Shown here piece by piece: positions 40,605 through 55,239 of a stretch of DNA of 64,000 nt. The stretch's first letter is position 1. The number at the start of each line of letters is the position of its first letter. This DNA is from Lingula anatina (lineage: Eukaryota; Animalia; Brachiopoda), in assembly GCA_051362555.1 (NCBI GenBank), contig CM120646.1, positions 17,112,001 to 17,176,000 on the forward strand, given 5' to 3'. The notes under the pieces are model-generated. The model was given only the letters and a program-made list of their open reading frames with translations. It made no database searches and was not told where the DNA came from. Both the position numbers and the translations under genes were made by a program.

Positions 40605-43600
40605 CAAGACGTAAATAGATAGATCGGAATACGATGAGACAAATTGTTTCTGGACATGACCTTCAAAGTTTTATTAACAACTTATGAAGAGTGAATGTTT
40701 TTAACACAGCATACTTCAGCCTTTTAATGGACAACAATTGCCTTTCTTTTTATTTGATGAAGAACAAATTACCCCCCCCCCTTCTCCCCCATCTGATGCA
40801 TTTCTGCTTTGCCATCAACATTATCTTAAAATGTTTCCGACATATTATAAACATAGTGAGTTCTCTATCTCTTCTTATCTGTCCACCTTTTAGACTTCAT
40901 AAACTGTGGCTATTAATCCACTCTCACTGTGACAATGACAGGGGACAGGGGTCACTGAGGGCATTTTACTACTATTATTATCTTCAGAAGCACTACGTAC
41001 TATGAATAATGCGCTGTCAGAACTGTAAAACCATAAAACATTTACCACTAAAACTTGCATAAAATTTACCCCCAGGGCCACCCCAACCTCTCTCTCTCTC
41101 TCTCTCTCAAATTTCTTTTTGATGGGAGGAAGGTAGGGTTGGGTATGGGTTAAACCCCACTTATTTTGTACACTTGGCAGTGAAAGGGTATACGCTTTGC
41201 ATCTCTTTTCTAGGAATGGTTAGGTGTGAATTCAATGTTCTGAAAAAAGCCAAAATCTTAGTCAATTTTGCCAAATTTAAATTTACCCTAGAAAAAAAGG
41301 GCTCTAACAGTCAACTACATAGCCAAGATTAGCACTATCTGGGACAGGCAAAGAGCTAATTACCAGCAAATCACTCATACCACAGTCAATGCAGCTTGTC
41401 AGGCAACTACACTACTCTCAACTATGTCAAATATGACATTTAATCGGGATGACCAACATGCTGATATCTGTGATATTTACTTCTACTGGGCCTAAAGAGC
41501 AGCTGGTGACAACAACTGGGCGTTTTGAACACATGTTGGACAGCCTTAAATTGATGTGCTGACACGGATTTTGAAGTGGACATCAAAGTTGACAAATTAA
41601 TCTAATTATTGCCTCTGCCAAGGAATTTTTTCACCTTCTTTGGTTTGGTAGTTGACGGTCTAATACTATAAGTAATGGGTAGATATTGATAAAATTTTGA
41701 GGGCAGGTCAGAAATGGGCTAGTTAACTTAGAATGAATTAGGTTTAGATCAATTACACATTTAACTTTATAAGTAATAAAAATGAGAAATAAACTGCATT
41801 GGCTGAGGATTGCTCTCTCTCTCTCTCTTTGAGAACTTTTCTGGTTTAGATTTGAAATTTAACGAGATAGGTTGAGGGGGGGGGGGCAGGGTCTCAAAGT
41901 GGAATATCACAGTCAACAAGTACATCCAATTTGTAAAAGCTGCTGTGCTGAAAATAGCAGGGACTATTTAAATGACAAAGCAGCTTGGCAATTGAACTAA
42001 TGAACTAACTCAGGGATGTTTTAATGTGAATATTCATATCATTCAGAAAACAGTATAAGATTCCTGGGGTATGAGAATAGGACTCTAATCAATACAATTA
42101 AACCGACCTCAATCAATAATATCAGCAGACAAGTTATCAAAAAATTTACGACAGGTGACGTCTCCAACAGTAGGAGCTTTATCATGCTCATCTTTTGAGA
42201 CACAAAGGGTTAAGTTAAGCCGTTCTAAATTGACTGAAAACACAGCCTAATTTGTCAACAGAGCAGCTAATAATAACCCATTCTCCTCTAGTCCATTGGT
42301 GTGCGGTGTGTCGGTTTGTCTAGAGCATTAACACTGTATTATTTATTTTGGCAGGTAAACAGGGGCTACACCCATGATCCAGGATGAAAGAACACCACGC
42401 TTTGCATACCTGTTGAATCATCTATACCTCCAATTGTCCTGAAGTTTATATATAATAAGGTGGCAAGGCAATACACACAAATATTACTCAATGACTGTTT
42501 TGCACTTATAAAATATCTACTCTACATAAATGATAGTCATATGATACTGATATGATACTTGAGCTGCCTCATAATATTAGTTAATTTGAAGAACATAAGT
42601 ACTAGTATGTTCAAAATGTTCTGTGACAGATCAAATTCCAACTAGCGTGTGACTTGTAGTATGCAGGACATACTTTTTTCCATTGGCTTAGAGGCTTGAT
42701 ATTAGCATTGAAAATATTTACAAAATGTTTTAAAGATAATCTGCGTATGCTAATCAAGATAATGAAAACTAACCCTTTTTTCTGTCTGCTCACCACTGAT
42801 TTGGTAATATATTTGAGTAACTTAAGAGTCATTTTAAAATATAAAGGAATTAGTAGTCTGGTTTATGATGAATATATCACTTAAAATATTCTTCAGACCT
42901 GTCATATCACATATATTATTCATCATGACTAAACATAAATTAGATTTCAAAGTTCCTCAGGACCTGCATATAAGAATATAACACCCACTTACATACACTT
43001 GAATACATAAGTTCAAAGCAAGTACTAGTAATTAATCATTTTCTAAAAATATCATATGAAATCTTTATGGGGTCTAAGAAGTGGATAAAACACAAACTGG
43101 CTTCAAAACATCATGTTTTTCAACTGATGGGCTGTTTGTGTACTGTGTATATTCCCAGGATAAGCACTTGGGGTTCCCTAGAAATGTCAAGGTTAATGCC
43201 ACTTATTTCTAGAGGAATGACAGGTACAAGCTGAAAAGTCTGAAGAGCTTATATAAATAATAAATAGAAGAGGAAGGCATTTGTATCATCATTTGCCCAG
43301 CTACAAAATGGCAAATCCAAAGTACAGGGAAACTTTTTCCCCCTCATCTTCCAAGTGATCACTGATTTGGTTTGTTTTAGTCAAACCATTTTAAACCATT
43401 AGGAGAAAAAAGTAGTATAGTAAGCATGAAAAAGCAGTAAGCAAAGAAATTGCTATCGCTACCCCAGCCGTCCTTCAAGTCCTCTTTTCCAGCATTACTA
43501 CAATTTTCTACCCAACAATTTTATTTTCTTTCTTTCGTCTTCTCACCCTCCCTCCATTTTTTCTTATGAAAAGCTTTATTCCTCAATGTTTCTTCTTTCA

Positions 43601-46013
43601 AAGATGCAAAAGAAAAAATTGTACCACAATACCACTTCCTTTTCACTCACAGATGTCTACTGTAACAATCTTTCCAAAGCAATTGTAATCAGTCTCTTCA
43701 CATGACATGATATGTACAGATAGCATCCAGCAAGTAAATTATTACTATTAAGTCCAAAGTTTGGTAAAGTTGTGACCTGAAGAATGCAGAACAATGCCAA
43801 ATACCAAATTGTTTTGATAGATTGTCTTTTAAAATATAAATATCCAGTTTTTTTTTAACTTATAGTATAGAAATATTTTTATATGCCGAAACATTCAAAC
43901 GTGAGAATATATCCTGCAAAAGAATTTATGCTACATTCAGTTATATCTTTTGACATCATGCCGATTTCATAGTTCGCATTAAACAAATTTGCCATATAAG
44001 ATAGCATCTTGCCATAAGGAGTTACATATCTAAATTGCACATTGATGGCTATTTTTATATCTAATCAACGGCAATCAAAACAGGAAAAGAGGGAGTATTC
44101 GGAAACAATGTAACCCAATGTATAATTTCCTTATCTATTGCTATGTTCAAAACTGTTCCAATAGTAAAAGCTTAGGTTCCAATTTGAAGGAGTAGACAAT
44201 TAATTGCACCCACTGCCACTGTACTAACTCAGTGACTATGTTGGCTACACAATAGGGGATTGCATTCAAGTCTTCTTCCTGAATTTAAAATCAAAAGGAT
44301 TTTCATCAAATCAGTCCCGAAATCAACACAGGTTGAAACCATTTAATTCTGGAGACACGTGCCATTAATGTGTTCCTAACACATTTGATATAACCACATG
44401 ACTTATGTAGGTCTTATGTAACAGTTCTTTGACATCCATTTTCCTACTAATATAGCATCACAATGTCGAAGATATTTTGAAGATTATCATACAGAAGATG
44501 AATCACAGGATATCCTCCTTCATCATTTACATTGTGGGACACTCTCCAGACATTAAATCACAATATACCCTATCTCCTTGCAACTGAACAAATCATATAC
44601 ACAAAAAATCAGTGCTAGTAAATTTAAAAAAATCTGAGGCCCTGAATATTTCTTTGGAACTTTCATACCAACATTTTAAATAGTTGTTAATGGGCCTCAT
44701 TTCCTCCATTTTTCATTAGCCCAGAATACAAGCACATGCACTCATAATACATTGCATTTTCATTTTTTTTTAATACAACCTATGGGAAGTGGGTAGTAGT
44801 TTCATTATAACTTGAAGAAGACAAGATGTGAAGTTAGACATGGCTGTCTAAAAGGTAAATAGAGAATTCAGAGATAATGAAATCTTGCGAGATGCAATTT
44901 TACCCTTTTAGGTCTTTAAGTAACACAGCTATTTGGCCGCAACTTACCAAAGGAAATGGGTTTTAAATTTAGCTAAACTGTGTTAATGACAAAGGAATAT
45001 ATTTAAAAAAAAATTAAGGACATGAAGTACAACATTTGATTCTCTTGCAAGAATAAAAACTTCACAAAACAGAATTTCAGAGTAATCAAATTAGAAATGA
45101 ACAAAAGCAATGAATAAAATATGTAGTGTTATAGCCAAGTCTGACTTCGTCTTCAATACATTTTGATAAGAAAGACCAGCTTGTGCAAATGCACGAGTAA
45201 TATTACAGGCTGCTTAAAGAACTTTAAAATTAACCAGACAACCTCTCTACCACGTATACTATGTAAAAAGGTCACTTACTGCAGAGTTATAAACTAAGCA
45301 CCACTTTATGTAATCTCTCTGTTATAAATTTAGAAACACTTGGTGCAATCTATAAATCGCTCCACTTGTGGCCTTATGATCTATAACTTACAGGTAAAGT
45401 GTATTAGGGATGGATTTAGTGTGGGAGCCGTTTTGATTTATTCCAGATCTTTACAGTGTCAAGGCAAAAGGTGTTATAAGAGCACACTCACTGCAGTGAT
45501 ATACACCAACACCAACGCAAAAATTAAAAGTTGTTGAAAATACTTAGAGCTGTCATGCTATAAGATTGTGGCTAGCAAACTAACTTCTACTTAAGCCAAC
45601 TAGTATATTCTTAGATTTTTGCGAAACATTAATGGCTAGTCCAAAGTGTGAAAACTTCATGTTAAGGTAAATTCATTAATGATTAAGTCACCTGTATTCA
45701 GTCCTGACGCAGTGATATCAGCTTTAAAGTTATTCAATATACCTGTTTCAGCCCCAGTACTGTATGAAGATTAAAAACAGCGGACAGTCATATAAAAGTA
45801 ATTATCCTGAGTTGTTAAATGCAGCTTTTTACTGGATCAATTATTGTAAACAAACTCGTGTTAGAAGAAATTGACAAGCGAGGTACCAGTAGCAACAAAT
45901 TAGGTCAATGACACTTGCTAAAAATCAGTCACAGCTGGGACTCTGTTAAGTGATTTATCATTATCACATATACACTGTTGTACGCAGTTTTCGAAATCAA
46001 GCGCCAAACTTAC

Positions 46014-46326
46014 CTTGTTGAAAATAAAACGTAAAATTTTGTACTCAAACCGGTGGGATCGGTTTCAAAATGGCGGTAACCCCGCCCACGTGAGTACTCA
46101 CATACCATATAAGGAGATAACTGTAGCGTACGTCAAATTCACAATTGAACTATATCAAATATCTTAAGTTGCCTTTAAAATACTTACTTGTATTCAAAGA
46201 ACTTCTTTATCTACCGAATCCCAGCTCAACTCCAACAGGAGCGCTTGTTCCCTTGACCTAGGAGCCAACTTCCGTTTACAGTGAAATCGAGGTTGAACGC
46301 CTGCGCAGCTTACACTTCCTCTTTCT
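46014..46326. promoter_or_regulatory. Bidirectional LASP/RPL23 promoter with candidate non-coding LASP first exons
   Basis: Minus-strand gtaagt donors after 46014 and 46188; YY1-like CAAAATGGCGG 46066, GC box 46080, CACGTG 46087, CArG CCATATAAGG 46105-46114, ETS ACTTCCG 46268, pyrimidine TCT/TOP initiator CTTCCTCTTTCT 46315-46326. Confidence 0.7.
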
Positions 46327-46336
46327 AAAATCCAAG

Positions 46337-46349
46337 ATGTCGAAGAGAG
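46337..46349 (+). CDS. RPL23: 60S ribosomal protein L23 (uL14) exon 1
   Basis: ATG TCG AAG AGA G/gtttgt (MSKR) just after a TOP tract; exons 13+84+129+114+83 = 423 nt = 140 aa plus stop. Confidence 0.9.
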
Positions 46350-46513
46350 GTTTGTGTTGAAAGTTTTCAAATATCCACTCAATCCGACATTTAATATATC
46401 CTAAAGACACTCGCCTTTATCGTTATATATAAGAAAAGAAACATAGCTAATGAAATCCAACTGTATTGCGGGACAAATTGAACTTTAGATGATAATAAAA
46501 AGCAGTATTTTTC

Positions 46514-47448
46514 CACGCTCGGCTGTCACCTTGATTGGATAGTAAACGATTGTCGTAAAATCGCTAAATGATATTAAAACCGGGTGCATAAACTTGAAAA
46601 CCACCTACAACAACCTTGGACTGCCACATTAATCCAATACAATGCAAAAATAAACTATAACAAGTGGTTAAAGCCTTCAAACCGAATGTCGTAAAGTCCC
46701 CATATACCTCCATAGAGACAATAAAATAGAATGAGCTTCTGAAACAAGAAAAATCCAGTTCCAACATAATAATCGAAATAAAATACTGCCGGGCATCGGA
46801 GCGGCCTAAAACTTGGCACGCTTACCGCTAATACTGCAGGCTACATCATCCCGTCGCTCGTTTGTAAATTCCGTGCATGGCATACGCACAATCAAACCGT
46901 AAAAAACAAATTCTCGGGGTGTCGTTGGCTAGGTCCACTCAACAATCCAATTCAGGAAATGACGTAACCGCAGAGGTCGCATTGTCCAATGGCATGGCTT
47001 CTTTTTCGTAATGGTAGGTTAGAGTGGACCTGGCCAACGACACCCCGAGAATTTGTTTTTTACGGTTTGATTGTGCGTATGCCATGCACGGAATTTACAA
47101 ACGAGCGACGGGATGATGTAGCCTGCAGTATTAGCGGTAAGCGTGCCAAGTTTTAGGCCGCTCCGATGCCCGGCAGTATTTTATTTCGATTATTATGTTG
47201 GAACTGGATTTTTCTTGTTTCAGAAGCTCATTCTATTTTATTGTCTCTATGGAGGTATATGGGGACTTTACGACATTCGGTTTGAAGGCTTTAACCACTT
47301 GTTATAGTTTATTTTTGCATTGTATTGGATTAATGTGGCAGTCCAAGGTTGTTGTAGGTGGTTTTCAAGTTTATGCACCCGGTTTTAATATCATTTAGCG
47401 ATTTTACGACAATCGTTTACTATCCAATCAAGGTGACAGCCGAGCGTG
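46514..47448. mobile_element. Foldback-type DNA transposon (about 430-bp near-perfect TIRs, about 75-bp spacer) in RPL23 intron 1
   Basis: Arms 46514-46943 and 47018-47448 are reverse complements; flanking duplication tatttttc (8 bp; 10 bp gtatttttcc if ends are drawn 1 bp inward). Confidence 0.9.
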
Positions 47449-47701
47449 TATTTTTCCGAAGGGCACCTGCAACTCGAGGCTTCCCACACATATATTCACA
47501 AGCAAAGATAATTCATTTTACTATTTCATCAAACTGCCAGAGGCCGTGGCATGTTGTATATCTTGCTGTCATGACCTTTGATCCTGCCCCCTTCAAATTT
47601 CGTGGGGAGAAATTTGTTGTTGCTCGGGTTCTGCTCTAAGTACATTTACACGTTTTCAGCAATTTTTTATGGCTATTTAATTTTATAATTCTTACGTGTG
47701 A

Positions 47702-47839
<138 letters not shown>

Positions 47840-47920
47840 TAACCATTTTTTAAAAAACAAAAGGCGCTGTTGCATATGACTAGTAATTAAAATATATTTT
47901 TTGTGTAAGAGCGTCAAGGT

Positions 47921-48316
<396 letters not shown>

Positions 48317-49086
48317 TGATGTATCATGTCAAGTGGTTCAAAACAGTGCAAAGATCGGCCACATATGAGAAAATGTAATCTTCTTAGTTAGTAGACTTGG
48401 ATCGAAATGTCTTGTTGGGCACAAATGTACACATTATGAGGGGCATGCTTATCTTAAAGACTTAAAAATACATTTTCATTCTTATATGAGACTGTTGATT
48501 AGGATGTGTCATTTAAGAATGATATGGATAAGCCATGTTTTTGTTAAGGGTACAAAATTCAAGCACCAACAACTGGTTTATTATCAATTCATCATTTAGC
48601 TTCTTTAATCATCTATTTTTTTTTTTTTTTTCTTTTTATGAAATTGGATTGTTTTAGACTCGGAAAAAAACTTAATTCAGCTGTGTTTGGCATTAAGATT
48701 AAAGCAAGATTGTTACTCAAATCAGCATCTATTTCTGGTATTATTGATGACCTCCAATTTTTAGATGTTTATCTAAGGCATCACGACTGCATTTTTTCTT
48801 GGATTTTGAAGAATTGAAATGCAAGACTTTGTGTTCAGTGCAAACTCCAGCTGACTATTTTAGACACTTCATGTGGCAGAGGGTGCACTGGCTAGCTGTT
48901 TCTGCTCTGACAACGGCTGTTTCAAACCCACTTAATATTAACCCTCCTATTTTTAGTTAACACTTCTGGGTTTATAGTGGCGAGAGGTAAATTGTCTTCT
49001 TCCCCCTTTGTGTGTTGGCAACACATAAAAGTTGTATTCTGTGGTATACATGATATGCTTAACTTAATCAGGGTCTCTAAATGTAG

Positions 49087-49227
<141 letters not shown>

Positions 49228-49402
49228 TGAACATGGGATGCATAGAGATAAAAAGTTGACAAAATGAATGTAAGAAAGATTCTGTGTTCAAAACCAGCAG
49301 AAAGTGGGATAAACAGACCAAAGGATTAGGTTTTTCATTCTTTTATTGGCATGAATTTTTATCTGTTGGTATGAAGAATAGAATGTCATTAATACAAATT
49401 GA

Positions 49403-49639
<237 letters not shown>

Positions 49640-52600
49640 ACGCCCCTGGACACCATTACAAACTGAACTCCAGGAATATAATGGACCATTTAATACCACC
49701 ACCAACTGCTCCTGAGAGCAGTCCGATAACTGATTCAGCAATTATGAACACTCCTTTTTCATGTACAGAAAAAAAGAAAATAATAATTAAAAAAACCCTT
49801 GGAAGAGAAGTTTGTGTTCTTTTTATTTTAGTTGAAATTCTTCAATTCTTATTTGGGTTTTGTGTTAAAAAAACCAACATTGATTGTGGTTGCTTAGGAG
49901 GGTAATGAAATGATAAGCTGGAAGCGGACACTTGAAAATATGAGGAAAATGCATATTTGAGAGGCATGTAAAACTGTACATTGGGGATAGAAATGAAAAT
50001 CCACTAATTGTACATGTGGCATTTGCTTGTTGAGGGTCTTTTCTCAAATGGTTCAAAATTCCTTTCCAGACATCTCAGTAAATAACAAGATCCATCTGCA
50101 CGTGAAATCCTACAGATGAAAAAAATCTTGTCCTTCATGGATGTGCTTCAATCATTTCTATGCAGGCTCTTCTTGAAAACGTTTTCAAAGAGTTCTAGAC
50201 AGATGCTTGAAATAATTGCATTCCCACCTACACGTAAATGTGTACTGTTAAAGTCGTGTACCATTTTCACCAATTAAATTGCCTCGATTTACCTGCGCGG
50301 TTTCACTCGAGAAGACTAGAAAGTGGCTGTTGAAGCAATTTATTATTCACTTGTTAATACCATCGTATAAATACAATAAGCCTCCTCATGGCCCCCATTA
50401 CTTATATAATAATCATTATAATACTCTGTAGTTGTGATTTATAATAAAAATATACGCATGGAAGAGAGTAAAGGTGACCCATTTCAAGTACTGGCAAAGT
50501 CCTATCTCACTGCTAACAAGAACTTTTTGGGCATGAACATTTTAACTTTTAGGAAAGGAAATAACTTTTATCAAAAGTGTACCTTCATAGCATCATAACT
50601 TAATCCGTTTTCAAATGCCTATATCACTGTTATCTCCCCCCTGCTTATGTGAATAAGACCTTGCAAGCCCTCATCTAAGTGAACAAATGAACCAAAGCAA
50701 TAGCGCATTCCTAATACATGCAGGAATGATATCCCTGGACCATGCTACATACTATTTCATATGTACAAATGTTTAACAATAACTGCCATCAAGTCTGGCG
50801 TAACATTCACTCATTAAGTAAAATGAGTGGTTTCCCACTAGATCAGGGACAACTGGCAAAATTAAATTTTTTTAGCGAACTTATCTTAAGCATTATGCGA
50901 AACTTCTACACTAGTGGGAGGTTGAAATATTTTTTTACTCTACTGTTAAACAGAGTGTCCTTCGTTTCTGGTCAGATCAGAGTTGCACTGGTTCTCGTGG
51001 TGAAATAACACACTGGCAAGTGTCTGTCCCTGAACTTGAAATCGATGTCAATTTGACTAGAGGAAAGGGGTGAAACTGCTACCACATCCAAATTTACTTC
51101 CTTGATAGTAATCATGTTAGAACAATGGTATAAATGTGGGTACGCTGGGTATGGTTATAATCCACCAAAATAAAATAATCCCCTGCCCACAAAAACATGA
51201 CTGGTCCACAATCAAATCCTACAAAATCTGGGGATCCCACGTTGTGAATAAACCCTGATACAGTATTAAGTGCGCTATATTAATTTTAATATATAGTATT
51301 ATTAACTTATAAATGGTTCTTCGGAAGTCTATGCAGCATAGAAAGATTTCTGTGATGTAAAACACTCAAATAAAGCAGACCAATCACTTACAGTAATATT
51401 CCTTTTATAGGCAATGGCAACTTTCTCTCATTCATTCACTGTAAATATAAATGGAACCTGCTTTTTGGTCAATGCTTGGAATATGGCCAACCAAAATGAC
51501 CAATCTATTTCTTAAAGGGTAGAGGCATTCTTAGGTCTTTTAGAACTTTTTATCACATTTCTATAGCCTTTTAAAGCAAGGAAGAACAAAAGACGCTGAC
51601 AAAGTTGTTAAATTATAGCATTAACACCCAACCATATAATAAGTTTGTAGAGATTTAATGCATCTACTTCAAAGAAAAAAAAAACACAAGTAGGAGTGCC
51701 TCATAATTTACAAAAACATTGCATATTTGTTTATATACTGGCTGAGGTTTATGTTACGGACTAGTATACAACTGATAACTTGGAGTAAAATAAATATCAA
51801 CATTATATGGATTGCATTAAATCTTAATATTGTTCATTAGCAACAAACTTATGGCAAATGTCATTTAATTCTTTAAATCCACCTTACAGCAAGATGAAGA
51901 GACTACAAAAGATCTATTTGCACATTTTCTTTCTCCTTTTTAGGCTAAATATGATCAAATAGGGATGCTATTTTCTTTGCCCCCAAACAATGAAATATCA
52001 TGGTGAATCAAGCTTTAAACCACACACTGGGAGAGCAATACAGGAGTTTGAAGGTCTGCTTAAGTAGGGAAACCACTTCCCATTGACTTTAACCAGAAAG
52101 CCCCTCTTAGATCTTGACTCAATTACATCACACTTACCCAAACCTGTACAAATATGATGGAGAGCAGAATGCCTGTTACACGTATTCTGGAGTTTTCTTA
52201 CATTGGTAAAACATTTAAACCATGTCAATTACTTCATTGCGTTAGTTGTGCAAATAACACAATCCTAGGTTTTAAAGTTTGCACATCTAACACAATCACT
52301 TCAATAACTCTATTTCTTCACTCTCCCATAGGGACATACACCAATTACCCCAGCCTGATTACAATGCCAAGGTTTTGCTAAGCATTTAATACATAATAAC
52401 CAGCTGTCTTCCACCCATTCAACTATACATAAAATAAAAGTATACTTAAATATCATTTCAGAGTAAAAATAACAAGTGCTAATACATTATATGATATATA
52501 TATCTAGTTATATACACTAGTATTTAACAGTTGAGTAAAACTTATCATTAGTGAACAATTATTTTTCTAAGTGAAATAAGTGAAAAAAAAGTATTTGTAT

Positions 52601-53103
52601 ATTTGTATGTTGATTTATAATATTTCCATTTTTATGGTTTTAGGTATAAAATAATGTTGTTAAAAATGTAGTGTTTTATAGCAATACAAAGGGTTTTTTT
52701 TTTATTTCCATTTTTCTTCTACAAAAAGGGCAATTTTTTTTTCTTTGTTCAAAAATGCACAAATGATATTTCTTTTTCAAAAGCAAGAACTTTCTGTGAG
52801 ATATTATGTAAGCATCCACCCTCATTCAGGATTAACGAAAACTTTCCCCACTTTTTCCTGAATTTAATTTATGCCGCTCCAGCTCAACTTCCCTTACGTA
52901 CACTGGAGTTTCTGTTGAAAGGGCTATTCACACACCCCTTTTGTAGAAAATAAATAACTTCTTTTAAGATGTACAAAATTCTTCTACTTTTTCTAACTCC
53001 AGTAATTGATGGTATGTAGCTGTATAATTTAATATAAATTTCTAAGTTATGTATCAGTATTAAATAGTTTGGTTCCAATACATATTCACTTCTTGACGAA
53101 GGT

Positions 53104-53304
53104 TCAAAGAGGTGGATGAATATTCTCAGGAACAAAGATTTCCAGGAACTCTTCATCTCCACTGGAACTTCTTCGTATTCTCATTTCCTTGCGTTTGGTT
53201 GCCAGCATGCGTTTGCGTGCCTCGTCGCGCTTTTTGGCAGCCTCCGATCTTGGAGTCTTCGGCCTTGGTGAGTGTTTAACTGGAGTTTTGACTTTGGAAG
53301 ACAT
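53104..53304 (-). CDS. DLGAP: DLGAP/SAPAP-family terminal exon
   Basis: ctcag acceptor; ...RDEARKRMLATKRK...EEFLEIFVPENIHPPL* resembles SAPAP 'RQEARKRLMAAKR...IEIYIPEAQTRL'. Confidence 0.85.
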   Translation of the reverse strand: MSSKVKTPVKHSPRPKTPRSEAAKKRDEARKRMLATKRKEMRIRRSSSGDEEFLEIFVPENIHPPL

Positions 53305-55117
53305 CTGAGACAGAAGAAAAAAAAATATTTCATTAGAAGGTGGTACTTGTCAGAGTTAACAAAATCCAACTCTCAAATTATTTGTATCCTGCTTAAGATG
53401 GCAGACACTAGCTCAAGATTTCATTTTTTTCTCAACTCAGGGTAGATCCCATCAGAGATGAACGCTAAACAGGGAATCGATTTTTTTTTTTGAAAAAGAC
53501 GGTGCATGAATCTAAGCTATTGACCTCCACATCTTCCACATTTCCTAAAGAAAAAAGAAAGACGACGACCTTCAATGTGTTAACAGGCCTGCAGGCAGGG
53601 GGATCGAACAAACCTCCCTTTTTGGCAGGGAAAAGGTCTGGGTAAAATTTGATCTAGGTACGGGAAGGTTTCATGGTTTAAAGGTGCACTTTATCAGAAA
53701 AAGGACTTCTTCCCTTTGAAATTGGTGGCTACGGGCCTGTTTAAGAATAGTGAATCCAACACCCAAGTGTATGTGACAAAATATTCCAGTCTCATGAAAC
53801 AGATACTAAAAAATAAAAATAAAAATAAAAAGTTAACCATACCCATACAGGCCAGCAGACCCCACAGCCATTTTTCTGTTCAAGAACAGATTTTTGTCAC
53901 TTTCTCTCAAAAGTTTCCATATAACCGTTCATAACAAAGTGTGCACCATAAAAAGTGAACCATGGATAGATAATTTTTTTTTTACACTGATGAAAGCTAT
54001 TGTGCGCGACAACATACAATTCATTTATGAATATCTTCTCTAATCTGCCACACTCTTAACAGCAATTGCTACAATAATTGACAAATATTTTGTACTCCAA
54101 GATCATTAAAATGCAGCAGCATCTTCATATATTAACAATTATTAAATATTTAATTACTTCATGGATAAAAACAAGGTATTTAGAAATCTTGTTTGAAAAA
54201 AAAAAAATGCAATCCTTGGTTGCTGGAACATGCTATTATTAAATCAGTATCTCAAGTGAAATGAATTGAGTGTTCATATTCTTGGGTATAGTAATTATAA
54301 TTATTAATCCATTCTTGAAGTTCTAATATAACTGTTGCTCAGGGCTATAAAAGTGAAAGGTATGGGTGGGGGTGGAACTTAAGATGACTTTTAAAATCTA
54401 CCTGTGACTGTGTTCTAGAATAAGTATGAAAAATTATATGGTGCTGAAATAAATGCAGTTAATCTAAAATGCAATACTGGCATCGGAATGATTTTCAAAA
54501 ACAAATGTTTCAAACAAAAAGATTCCAATGGCCAAAAACTAATTTCACTTCCATGACTCAATCTTTTTCACAAAAAATTTAGCATGTTTCTTTTTTTCTC
54601 ACTCATATATGAATCTTTTACTATAATACTCTAGCTCAAAAATTATTTCAACAAAACCCAGAAAAACAAAGAGCAAAATGTGCTTGAATTGATATGCTGG
54701 TGTCCCAATATTCCAACTGTGTTCCACTAATATCCTATGATACTAATTCTGTGGTACCAAATCACATGATAGAAGATAACAGCACAAAGAAAAACAGCTA
54801 CCACTAACAAACATATTGTAATTCAATCAGATACAGAATAACCACTTAGGCAGAAAAAATCTAAAATGTTTGTCATTCTAAATATTCTGAATATACAGCA
54901 AAAACTCTTAGATAAGCCAATTTGTTTCTAAACCTGATAGCATCTATTTTATGCTGTGTCATCTTTCATGTGAAGCCTAAACAGAAGATGAAACAAAATG
55001 GAAAATGTGATCAGTTGTAGCTGTTAGTAGTAATAGTAGAATGAAAGAAGATGTATTGGTGAGAATCTCAATACAGAAACAGGCCACATCAAATGGGTTC
55101 AGTACAAATTACTGTAC

Positions 55118-55159
55118 CTCTTCCTCTTCCACATCTAAATGGAGGACGGAACAAGATTC
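55118..55159 (-). CDS. DLGAP: Putative 42-bp DLGAP cassette exon
   Basis: ttttag / gtacag; ESCSVLHLDVEEEE; phase 0-0. Confidence 0.5.
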
Positions 55160-55239
55160 CTAAAATATCAAATTTTCAATGAACAGGCATACAACCACTT
55201 GCAACACTTTTTTACACGACATCATACATGAAACAGAAG

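Noticed and set aside
46564-47398. Two identical 67-aa ORFs on opposite strands
   Set aside because: Trivial consequence of the foldback palindrome; no recognisable domain
47850-47920. Possible SNORA21 homolog (aaaaggcgct...agcgtcaag hairpin)
   Set aside because: Only a few matching bases; no lower stem or H box in the right place
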